In this document: one piece after another, positions 38,651 to 50,060 of the stretch
Layout: each line of letters begins with the position of its first letter
Position numbering within the stretch: position 1 is the first letter of the stretch
From: Haliotis rufescens
Lineage: Eukaryota
Assembly: GCF_023055435.1 (NCBI RefSeq)
Contig: NW_025964224.1
Coordinates: 1,178,001 to 1,242,000, forward strand
Length of the DNA stretch: 64,000 nt
Direction of reading: 5' to 3'
Made by a program: the position numbers and the translations under genes
The notes under the pieces: generated by a model
The model's database searches: none
What the model was told of the DNA's origin: nothing
Seen by the model: the letters and a program-made list of their open reading frames with translations, nothing else

Positions 38651-39442
38651 CTCTTTGGCGAGGGATCATCATAAAATACCAAGTCTGTTATAAGTAAATT
38701 TTAGCAACCAAACGATTCCAATAATCCTATCGTATACTGTAATTACGCAGTTGATGTCCCTGTTTCTACTGATGCTGGTCTTACAATTGTGAACAGATAT
38801 TTAGTATCCTCATAGACAGTCACGGCCATAGCTAAATTATTACTGCTGTAGCTATAAAATTGTTCAATATGACTTGCACTGGACATTGTACCCAAAAGTA
38901 CATGGGTGACATTGAAGTTATAAAGCCACGCATGTGGATTTAGTTGATGTCAATAAAGAGAGTATATCGTATGTGGATCACCTTTGTCCAATCCTATTGT
39001 GTTAAGTCAATAAAATACGAATATGTTTGTTTGTTTGTTTGTTTGGTATTGTGGGGATTCTTAAGAGGGTTTTTCCCAAACTATGTTTATCAGATGAAAC
39101 ATATTTCGTCAACAGGTATGAAGGTTTCATGTACTTTGAGTTTAAATTCACTTTGAACAGTAAAGATACAACAGCACTTTAGCTTAGTGTGGGTTGACCG
39201 GAAATGTATTACATCTGTATGACGGCGGTCTATAAATAATGGATTGGCTAATCCAGTGGCCATCGATATAGACAAAGTCTTCACAAAACAGCAATAAACT
39301 GCAAATATAGATTTGATGAGACGTTACAGACGTTATCAAAACGTTACTAGGTTAGGTTACTTAAAACATTTCTGCACAGATCCAGAAATTACGCTGAATA
39401 TGGTTTCTCAGTTGTTTCTTTGATTTCCAACCTTGGTTGATA

Positions 39443-40078
39443 GATGAGGTGAATATTCTCGATTGTCGTGGCATTGTTGACAGGAATGAGGTGAATATAC
39501 TGGATTGTCGTGGCACTGTTGACAGGAATGAGGTGAATATACTGGATTGTCGTGGCACTGTTGACAGGAATGAGGTGAATATACTGGATTGTCGTCGCAT
39601 TGTTGACAGGAATGAGGTGAATATACTGGATTGTCGTGGCACTGTTGACAGGAATGAGGTTAATATACTGGATTGTCGCGGCACTGTTGACAGGAATGAG
39701 GTGAATATACTGGATTGTCGTCGCATTGTTGACAGGAATGAGGTGAATATACTGGATTGTCGTGGCACTGTTGGCAGGAATGAGATGAATATACTGGATT
39801 GTCGTGGCACTGTTGACAGGAATGAGGTGAATATACTGGATTGTCGTGGCACTGTTGACAGGAATGAGGTGAATATACTGGATTGTCGTGGCACTGTTGA
39901 CAGGAATGAGGTGAATATTCTCGATTGTCCTGGCACTGTTGACAGGAATGAGGTGAATATACTGGATTGTCGTGGCACTGTTGACAGGAATGAGGTGAAT
40001 ATTCTCGATTGTCGTGGCACTGTTGACAGAAATGAGGTGAATATTCTCGATCGTCGTGGCACTGTTGACAGGAATGAA
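39443..40078. repeat. 42-bp minisatellite, about 15 units
   Basis: Unit gacaggaatgaggtgaatatactggattgtcgtggcactgtt. It explains the DRNEVNILDCRGTV ORFs. Confidence 0.95.
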
Positions 40079-40139
40079 GTTATCTGTGTATCTCAAACTG
40101 AGGGTATGTAAACGTCCTACTATCATGCGATTTTATGGA

Positions 40140-41240
40140 AAGTAAATTGATGAGACATGGCAGTATTATTCATTACTCTGAGAAATTAAGTGTATAAAAT
40201 GTCTTTGGTGGAGTTTCTCGAATATACAGATAAACGGATATATTTCAGATTGCAAATGATACCAAACCATGCAATATATTAATATTCCCCAAACAAGATA
40301 ACAAGCCCAGACATTTTTTGAAAAATGAAATTTGTTAAGGTGGTCCCCTTTCAAGTTAAAGTAGAAAATCGTGCCCCAGTTTCATTGATTGCAGTTTAAT
40401 AGACGGTATTTAGAGGATAGCGGTCGACACTTTCTTGGAGCAATCAGACGTTTTTATTATCCCCCAATGCTATCATTTTAGGTCTTATGCACATTTGACT
40501 TTCTCTTATGAGATTCTTGCTTTATTGCGTTGAACGAAGGCTTTAAAACAGCAGCGGCCTTCCCACGAAAGGAGTAACTTGTCGATAAATCACAAACCAG
40601 TGGTCCAGTTATATCGCCCCTGTATTCATAACGACTGAATGTGTCTCTTATCATACGACGGTTTCTCCATGACATCGTATAGTTACGACTATTGTTACGA
40701 CTATTAGGCGCTGCTTGTAGGTTTGATTCATCGTGCATACCCTCTCAACAAGAAACTTTGTGGCCTTTGGTTTTAGGAACAAGGACATGTCGCCTTAAGT
40801 TCCCTTCTATCTTAACACCGAGATCCAACGGACATGACATCTTATCGACTGTTAAGCCTGGACCCCACTTTACAGCAGTTAAAGCTGCATGTTCCCAAAA
40901 CAAGCCCATTATCTTAAGACCACAATAACGATTTGTGATCGACACCATCACAAGATGTAAGAATTCTGTCCTGACATACGTTATAGCATTACATCTGCAC
41001 ACGCGCATTCTGTTGGCACTTGTAAAGGTAGTGTCTTGTCGAGATGCTTGTCTCCATTGTTTGTAGAGTGTCGGGATTTTAACCTTTTCATGTGCGTGTC
41101 GTGTACAAAATTGAGACATTGACACTACCTGATAGAGATTTTGCTGGCTTGATCTAGATCATGAAATCAAGATCAGCACTGATTGACCTGATTCAAACCA
41201 AGGAATGTAACCCCATACTTGCTTCTTCCCAAAACTGATT
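40140..41240 (-). pseudogene. Gene-like unit U6 (duplicate at about 55410-56510), paralog of U10
   Basis: Candidate 90-nt intron 41129-41218, ATG at 41119. ORFs 40745-41125 and 40478-40738 share one frame, separated by a TGA. Several synonymous differences against U10 support a coding origin. Confidence 0.6.
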
Positions 41241-41469
41241 TCACGAGGACTTGTTCAGGTTAGGACAGTAAAACTCAAATAAGCTTGATGATTCAGCCAT
41301 TTTCTTCTCCATTGTTACAATACTACAAAAAACACCTGACAAGAATGTATTGAGAAATACTTTGAACAAATATTCTTATACAAATAACAGTTTTGAAACT
41401 AAATATAAGAAAAGTACGCCCATTGATTTGTCATAAGAAAAAGACAAATACAAACTAGAGAGTAATGAT

Positions 41470-42500
41470 AAATATTTTATTGGAAATGTACGTGAAGACA
41501 TTCAAATGAAAGAACGAAATTAACATTTGAAAAGAAATATATGAAAGGGACATGCCATTATCATCATGCAGGTATGAAAATATATTCATATTTATTGTCT
41601 TTGATTTGTCTTTGATAAGGTTTTTAATCTATACTCTTACAATAGAAAAAGACCCTTCCTTCACATATACCATTATATTTGGAAACACATCTATTAGAAT
41701 CTGGATTATTTGTATCTGGGGATTACTGCCTCAAGGTAAATTTTTAACCCGTTTCTTGTCTGCATACGGTATTATATATACGTGATTGTCCTTTAGCACC
41801 ATTACAAAGTGGTTTGTCTTTAGATGATTGTTCACAGAAGGACGGTGAGTTTGGTGGTTAGTTTTACAAAAACGTTTCCTCCATAGGGACTGTACAATCG
41901 TTTCTTTTTTTAAATATTTCCCTTTTTCGTGAACACCTGGTGATAGTGATTCATAAACGCATGCTTATGATATAGTTGGAATCGTACAATAGAATCTGCT
42001 TTTAACTGAGATTTCGTATGCTTATGGAAAGGGTTTTGTCGCTTATATATTTGATCCAGGCAATTAGAAATTGTTGGTTCACAGAGGTAGAAGATGAATG
42101 GACCTAAACGTTTTTCTTCAAGAAACCCTACGAAGATGAAATCCAGTTGAAACCAATCTATCTTGTGTCTTGTCTTGTGTATAAGTCTGATCAAATAAAA
42201 CTGGAAATGAGTTCACAAGAAAACATAGGAATAGTTTGTGGCAAACGAAGGTTATTTTTAAAACTTTATTTTCATCAGTACATGTGGCAAAACAAAATTC
42301 AGAAAACACCACAGTTCTCCCCAGCGCGAACTGTAATTCCAGGAACCTACACAATGAGAAGTGACAGTAGATGCTGGATGCAGCTCGTTCATGAGGATGC
42401 TAGAAGACATGCAGGCTTTCTCGTAATCTTATTTGATATTATGGATCAATACAAATGTTTAAGTAATAGGATTTACGACTTCTTAAAAATCTTTTAAAAT
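41470..42500 (-). pseudogene. Gene-like unit U7 (duplicate at about 56740-57770), paralog of U8
   Basis: ORF 41910-42194 (56992-57465 in the duplicate) contains KRQNPFHKHTKSQLKADSIVRFQLYHKHAFM. Minus-strand AATAAA near 41478. Confidence 0.55.
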
Positions 42501-42719
42501 TGAGTTTAAATTGATGTGTGTGCACTGTGCCATAGTATGTTACATCTATTCCTCCTACAAATGTATATTCATGAACAACATGTGCATAATCATCCTCTTC
42601 TAAGGATTCATCAGTAAGGTAATAGTGGTTGTTTATGAATCAGAAACTCATAACATGTACTATTCCTTTGAGTTTATATTACATGCGAACAGAATAATAT
42701 TGTTAGCCATCCATATTAT

Positions 42720-43620
42720 TATTATTAGACTTCAACTGTCCAATAGTGAACTTTCCCTTCAACGTTTGAGGGACAACTGAGCATGTTTTTTCAACGAAGA
42801 TTTAGAGCATCATACGACCCTTGCTCATAGGTTGTTTGTCCAAGATCACAAGTTTTATGTTAGACATGTAACGGGCATTTTCAAGATCAGTGACAGATTC
42901 ATTTCCCTTTTTTGAACTCACTATATTTTGTCTGTTTTTTTTGGTAAACGTTTGACTAACCTTTGCATGTGTTTGTGACATAAACACATGCACATTATAC
43001 AGTCGGAATCGTAAATCGACACTGTCTTTGGCAGTGATTTCTTTTGAAAATGGAAGGGGTTTTGTCGCTTTTTCATTTAATAAACCAGTCAGAACAGAAC
43101 TTTATTTCTCTCAGGCCGTACAAAATAAAATGGGCTTGTATTGGCGCGCAGGGGTAAGCCGGAAGTCTTTTCATAATATTATGGTAAATTTAGTGATGGT
43201 ATTAGTACTGACAGTTTAAGAGAGTGTGGAACTGTAATACATTAGGCAATTGCGCATACTGCTTTGGTATGTACAATTTGCGATGAAGTACGGACATTTG
43301 GAAATGTTCAGATATTCGCCTGCAACATGATTTACATCACATAGGTTACTTATTCGTTCATGGATTGGGAAGTCCAAGGTTGGAGTTTGTTTGACATGGT
43401 GGAGTGGGTCTGTGGCTTGACTTCACCAGATTTAATCGTCCTGTAACCCTATTGCCGGACGTGTCTCTAGTAGCTCTTGTGTCTGTAGTCACGCAGATTT
43501 TCTCGACGCGATGAGCAACATGTTTAAAATTTGATTCTCATTTGTGGGAAGTATGATCACTTTTAAACTGTGTAAAACGCGTAGACCAATACACTTTTAC
43601 GTCTGATGCAATTTTACTTG
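42720..43620 (-). pseudogene. Gene-like unit U8 (duplicate at about 57990-58890)
   Basis: 42980-43070 aligns with 41955-42045: KRQNPFHFQKKSLPKTVSI, frameshift, RFRLYNVHVFM. Confidence 0.55.
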
Positions 43621-43769
43621 GGCCATATTGATTGGTGGCACGAGCGGAATGAGTGAGTTTATGAGTGCGTCAGTTACATTTATTCATATCAATTGTGTCA
43701 GGACTATTGAATACTATCCGTTGATCGTGTAGAGTTTGTATGCGCTTTCCTGGTTTTATATTGTTAGCC

Positions 43770-43988
43770 ACTGACATACCATGTCCCTATTTAACATGGA
43801 TACCCGCACAGTATACTGGCTCCGAGCCGACCAGGCATTGTTTTACCAGATTCGTGCCGAGCGCCATGTGGGGTCACAACAAATTCCTTTTTTTGACGTA
43901 TTTTCGTATCTCGCTCGCAGAGGATCGACACATCGACCTTCCGCTTTCCGGGCAGACGTTCCATCCATTACACCACGGAGGCGGTCTC
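43770..43988 (-). mobile_element. SINE family A, degenerate (duplicate at about 59040-59257)
   Basis: Reverse complement of the family A head and core (gtatactggctccgagccgacc...ccacggaggcggtc). Confidence 0.8.
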
Positions 43989-46466
43989 CGGACAGATGCT
44001 TTATCCACAAGAACACGGAGGCGGTCTCCAGGTAGACACTCTGTCCACTAGAACACGGGGGCTGTCTCCAGGCAGACACTCTGTCCACTAGAACACGGGG
44101 GCTGTCTCCAGGCAGACACTCTGTCCACTAGAACACGGAGGCTGTCTCCAGGTAGACTCTCTGTCCACTAGAACACTGAGGCGGTCTCCAGGTAGACACT
44201 CTGTCCACTAGAACACGGGGGCTGTCTCCAGGCAGACACTCTGTCCACTAGAACACGAAGGCTGTCTCCAGGCAGACACTCTGTCCACTAGAACACGGGG
44301 GCTGTCTCCAGGCAGACACTCTGTCCACTAGAACACGGAGGCTGTCTCCAGGCAGACACTCTGTCCACTAGAACACGGAGGCGGTCTCCAGGTAGACTCT
44401 CTGTCCACTAGAACACGGAGGCGGTCTCCAGGTAGACACTCTGTCCACTAGAACACGGAGGCTGTCTCCAGGCAGACACTCTGTCCACTAGAACACGGAG
44501 GCGGTCTCCAGGTAGACTCTCTGTCCACTAGAACACTGAGGCGGTCTCCAGGTAGACACTCTGTCCACTAGAACACGGGGGCTGTCTCCAGGCAGACACT
44601 CTGTCCACTAGAACACGAAGGCTGTCTCCAGGCAGACACTCTGTCCACTAGAACACGGGGGCTGTCTCCAGGCAGACACTCTGTCCACTAGAACACGGAG
44701 GCTGTCTCCAGGCAGACACTCTGTCCATTAGAACACGGAGGCTGTCTCCAGGTAGACACTCTGTCCACTAGAACACGGAGGCTGTCTCCAGGCAGACACT
44801 CTGTCCACTAGAACACGGAGGCTGATTCCAGATAGACACTCTGTCCATTAGAACACGGAGGCTGTCTCCAGGCAGACACTCTGTCCACTAGAACACGGAG
44901 GCTGTCTCCAGGTAGACACTCTGTCCACTAGAAGACGGAGGCGGTCTCCAGGTAGACACTCTGTTCACTAGAACACGGAGGCTGTCTCCAGGCAGACACT
45001 CTGTCCACTAGAACACGGAGTCTGTCTCCAGATAGACACTCTGTCCATTAGAACACGGAGGCTGTCTCCAGGCAGACACTCTGTCCACTAGAACACGGAG
45101 GCGGTCTCCAGGTAGACACTCTGTCCACTAGAAGACGGAGGCGGTCTCCAGGTAGACGCTCTGTCCACTAGAACACGGAGGCGGTCTCCAGGTACACACT
45201 CTGTCCATTAGAACACGGAGGCTGTCTCCAGGCAGACACTCTGTTCACTAGAACACTGAGGCTGTCTCCAGGTAGACACTCTGTCCACTAGAACACGGAG
45301 GCGGTCTCCAGGTAGACACTCTGTCCACTAGAACACGGAGGCTGTCTCCAGGTAGACACTCTGTCCACTAGATTACGGAGGCTGTCTCCAGGTAGACACT
45401 CTGTCTACTAGAACACGGAGGCTGTCTCCAGGTAGACACTCTGTCCACTAGAACACGGAGTCGGTCTCCAGGTAGACACTCTGTCCACTAGAACACGGAG
45501 GCTGTCTCCAGGCAGACACTCTGTCCACTAGAACACGGAGGCTGTCTCCAGGTAGACACTCTGTCCACTAGAACACGGAGGCTGTCTCCAGGCAAACACT
45601 CTGTCCACTAGAACACGGAGGCGGTCTCCAGGTAGACACTCTGTCCACTAGAAGACGGAGGCGGTCTCCAGGTAGACACTCTGTCTACTTGAACACGGAG
45701 GCTGTCTCCAGGTAGACACTCTGTCCACTAGAACACGGAGGCGGTCTCCAGGTAGACACTCTGTCCACTCGAACACGGAGGCGGTCTCCAGGTAGACACT
45801 CTGTCCACTAGAACACGGAGGCTGTCTCCAAGTAGACACTCTGTCCATTAGAACACGGAGGCTGTCTCCAGGTAGACACTCTGTCCACTAGAACACGGAG
45901 GCTGTCTCCAGGTAGACACTCTGTCCACTAGATTACGGAGGCTGTCTCCAGGTAGACACTCTGTCTACTAGAACACGGAGGCTGTCTCCAGGTAGACACT
46001 CTGTCCACTAGAACACGGAGGCGGTCTCCAGGTAGACACTCTGTCCACTAGAACACTGAGGCTGTCTCCAGGCAGACACTCTGTCCACTAGAACACGGAG
46101 GCTGTCTCCAGGTAGACGCTCTGTCCACTAGAACACGGAGGCTGTCTCCAGGCAGACACTCTGTCCACTAGAACACGGAGGCTGTCTCCAGGTAGACACT
46201 CTGTCCACTAGAAGACGGAGGCGGTCTCCAGGTAGACACTCTGTCTACTTGAACACGGAGGCTGTCTCCAGGTAGACACTCTGTCCACTAGAACACGGAG
46301 GCGGTCTCCAGGTAGACACTCTGTCCACTAGAACACTGAGGCGGTCTCCAGGCAGACACTCTGTCCACTAGAACACGGAGGCTGTCTCCAGGTAGACACT
46401 CTGTCCATTAGAACACGGAGGCGGTCTCCAGGTAGACACTCTGTCCACTAGAACACGGAGGCTGTC
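43989..46466. repeat. 40-bp minisatellite, about 61 units, derived from the SINE-A tRNA head
   Basis: Unit ctccaggtagacactctgtccactagaacacggaggc(g/t)gt. Confidence 0.95.
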
Positions 46467-46484
46467 GCAGAATGAAGGTGAAGT

Positions 46485-47500
46485 TCTTTATTTGGGTTTT
46501 GGACTAGCTTGCAACAACCATAATAATTTTTTGGTCCCAATTAGTAGCAGGCTGAATAACTGACGAAAGATGTTATTGTCAACAGTAGGAAAGTGACCTG
46601 TGATTATATGACCCACAGCTTTGTATTAGTATGATGATAGTAGTAGTTCTTGAAATTTAAAATATTGTGGGACATTTTGGGAATCTGGTCTTTGTCTGAG
46701 AATGGTACTTAAGTTTAAATCGTCAGTTCCCTTGTTTGCACCATGCGGATTTAGTTGAGGCTGTTTCTGGGCCAATCGTTTCAAAGCAATGTATAGAACT
46801 ATACTCCCTAGTCGATGCTGTGGGCTGTTACACAGTTTGTGCACCCATCAACAAATGTAGCTGGGGTCGTTTGATGTCTTTCAACGACACAGAGTAGAGT
46901 CGTGTTCTCACTTTGTGCAATCCCAGTGGCCCCTGAAGGAGGGGAAACACATTTTTTCAACTCAGTTTGGCCTTTGGTCTTTTTGTGTCAATGGATCAAC
47001 TAAAATTTAGAGATTAAAATATGAGAAAGAATAATCTGAATAACTGGTGCAAATGATGAGTTAGTTTTGAGAAACATATTGTTCGACCAATGTATAGTCG
47101 TGACATGTTTAACAACTGATGCAAATTGATATACGACTCTCATTCCCTTACTTAATGCAAGTTTGAGTTTTAGTCAAAAGTTGTAGTTTATTTGACATTT
47201 TTATAACTTGATGATGGTAGGTTTCGTCTTTGTCCTATAACCTTTTTTTCCAAAGTTGACAATTATCCCTTTCAAAGCAAAGTCTTCGCGAATGGTTCTC
47301 TTCAAATGTTTATTCTGAAACCTTTGTTTGTGAGACTCTTTTTCTTCTCACTTCACTTCAGACTATCAATTTCCTTTGTATGGGAATGGCTATTCCAATG
47401 ACTGATACATGTATATACCATCTTTTCAATATTTGCATTTATAATATAAGGGTGAGTCATTCTCTTACCGCCAATACCAATTCCACTGATACAGCTGATA
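46485..47500 (-). pseudogene. Gene-like unit U9 (duplicate at about 60035-61040)
   Basis: Candidate intron GTAAGA(47468)...CAG(47402), 67 nt, and minus-strand AATAAA near 46490. No long ORF. Family membership is inferred from architecture only. Confidence 0.3.
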
Positions 47501-48969
47501 CCGCGACCACGCCCACAAAACTTCAACTACTAGGAACGTCATCCTAGGCATGGGTGGCACAGTCTTATAAGGCGTCACAATTGGCTGTGCAGAGTTGCGT
47601 TCCTTGGGCACGTCAGGAACCTATGATTGTGGGTTCGAATCCCGGTTCGCCCCAATTATGTTTTTACGTTTGTCAACACCACACCGTGTTCGTAGGTTTC
47701 ACCAAATTGGTAAAGGTCTGAGGTCATAATGCCAAAAGGTTCAGGTTAAAGGCAGCCCTGTCAGTTTCGGGAAAAACGAATTATAGTATGTCAATATTTA
47801 CTCCTGTGGTTGAGAAAAGCAATATCCTAGCTGTAGACAGCGGTCTGTAAATGATCGAGTCTCGACCAGACAATCCAGTGATTAACATCATGAGCATTGA
47901 TCCACGCAATTGGAATACGATGACATGCATCAACCAAGTCAGCGATCCTGACCACCCGATCCCGTCAGTCGCCTCTTACGACAAGCATGGGTTGTTGAAG
48001 ACCTATGTTACCACGGATCAATATCGTCATTAAACCAAATATGTCTGTATTAAAAATGTAAGGTTTACCTTTAAATCATTGTCGTTTGGTAGAAACATAA
48101 AGTCAAAATTCTATAAATATATTGATATCAACGACAAAAATATATATTATATAAAAAATTGCTGAATTTATGACAAGTTGAGTTTTCAGCCCTGTCAGCT
48201 TTCGAGATTTTTCAAGCACGAAAGGTCAATGTTGACACAAGGTTGATTCAAAATGTTTCAATGTCGGAACCTCAGATCAACCTAATTTCCAATGTCATGT
48301 GGTTGTTGGGAGATGATAAAAATGGTAGACGCAGCATATGGATCCCATGGAAACTTGAACACGTCCAGCAATGGTAATGGACTGCCGGTCACATATCTGC
48401 CGGTGAATCAAATACCAGAAACGTAGATGACGAGTATTTCAAATATCAAAACACTAAACAAAGATAAAACTTAACTGAAGAAAAATATTTACACAAATAT
48501 TCACAAAATTAATGACAATTTTAAAGATTTTCCATACAATAAATCACAACCATTTTAATAAGGAAGTAACATATTTCCGACTAATACAGCAACCGTCTGG
48601 ATTATTAAATATATCCTACGATCGTTATTTTGATTTTGGCATTATTCAGTCCCGTTTCATGTCCAATATCTATTGCTGTAATGTTTTTACAATGAAGACG
48701 CTGTGTTTTCTATTTCATTAGAATTCTAAGAAGCATTTCAAATAGGCTACGGCTTCCGAGTCATCTTGAAGGCGCCCTTCAGTGACGCTCTTTCACTTGA
48801 TTGGAATCTGTTGGTCGATCATAATTTTAATAAAACGTCTTCTTTAATGAATATACACCCTCTTTTCAATTTAAGTCATTGAATATCGAGTCGCTATTCA
48901 TACACCAAAATATTAATATTCTAAACTGTGCTCAGGGTGTTTTTCCAATAAATATCATAATATTATTCG

Positions 48970-50060
48970 GTTTTATGGCAAATAAATCCAGGAGGTATGG
49001 CGGTATTATTCATTACACCAAGAAACTAATTGTATAAAATGTCTTTGGTGGAGCTTCTGGTATAAAAGGATTAATTTCGTAAAAATCTGAGCAATTGATA
49101 CCACACTATGCAATATATGAATATTCCCAAAGAAGACAAAATTTCCAGACGTTATTTCAAATGAAATTCGCTTAAGCTCTTCCCTACCGAATTTGACTTT
49201 TTCGCTTGGAATTTATAGGAACAAATTTGGTCTCAATTTCGTTGATTGCAGTTTGATGTGCGGTAGTTAGAGCAGAGGGCGGCGGACGACATTTTCTTGG
49301 CGCAAACAGACATTTTAATTCTTCCCAAATAGCAGTGATTTGACTTTCTCTTATGAGATTCTAGCTTTATTGCGTTGAACGACGGCTTTATAACAGCAAC
49401 GGCTTTCCCACGAAATGAGTAACTAGTCGATAAATCACAAACCAGTTGTCGAATAATATCGCCCCTGTATTCATGACGACTGAATGTGTGTGTTATCATA
49501 CGACGTCTTCCCAATAACATCGTGTAGTTACGCCTATTGTTGACTCTGCAATTAGTTACAGCTTGTGAGTTTGCTTTATTGAAGAGCACAAGTGTTTCCG
49601 TGGCCATGATAAACATAGCTGAAACAAAAGAGAACGTTTCATCTTTAATTCTCTTCTAATCTTAACCATGAGCCTAAACGAACTTGAGATCGTGACGCCT
49701 GTGACCCGAGACCCCACTTAACTGTGTTTATTCGTAATTACAATTGCTAAAGACGCACTGTCCCCGAAATAACCGTACACATGTCTGGAGAGCTCTATAA
49801 CCTTAAGGCCACAATTACGGTTTGTGATGTTAACTGATCATGATGTTAACATCACAAGGAATATAAAATATACATGCTCTCCTACGCACGATGCATGCCA
49901 TGTCTCCCCAGCACAGTTTATGTCTATCATAAAACTGAGAGACTGTGTCCACATAATCAGAATACTGCTAGCCTGGTCTAGATAACACAAACTAAGTCAG
50001 CACCGGAGTGTACTGAACTGATTCAATCTCGCAAAGAACGTCCCCCAAACCTGTCTCCTG
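48970..50060 (-). pseudogene. Gene-like unit U10 (duplicate at about 62520-63610), paralog of U6
   Basis: ORF 49233-49616 shares RNYTM...FSR.EYRGDI...LVCDLSTSYSFRGKA.AV.KPSFNAIK.ESHKRKSN with U6. Similarity extends from the 5' intron region to the C-terminal PPKTFYT. Confidence 0.6.

Noticed and set aside
39361-40126. 224-245 aa repeat ORFs on both strands (also 54593-55398)
   Set aside because: The 42-bp unit is a multiple of 3 with few stops, and the duplicate is frameshifted by a 2-bp deletion.
40170-40310. OTU-like or mitochondrial (NUMT) origin for the U6/U10 C-terminus
   Set aside because: Resemblance is superficial. I found no catalytic Cys/His motifs and no recognisable mitochondrial gene.
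40745-40747. In-frame TGA after Cys in U6 (VSC*EG) as selenocysteine
   Set aside because: No convincing SECIS geometry downstream, paralog U10 lacks the codon, and other units carry TAA/TAG stops and frameshifts, so ordinary decay is simpler. A SECISearch hit would reopen it.
43989-46466. CRISPR-like array
   Set aside because: No unique spacers. It is a pure tandem repeat in a eukaryotic context with no cas genes.
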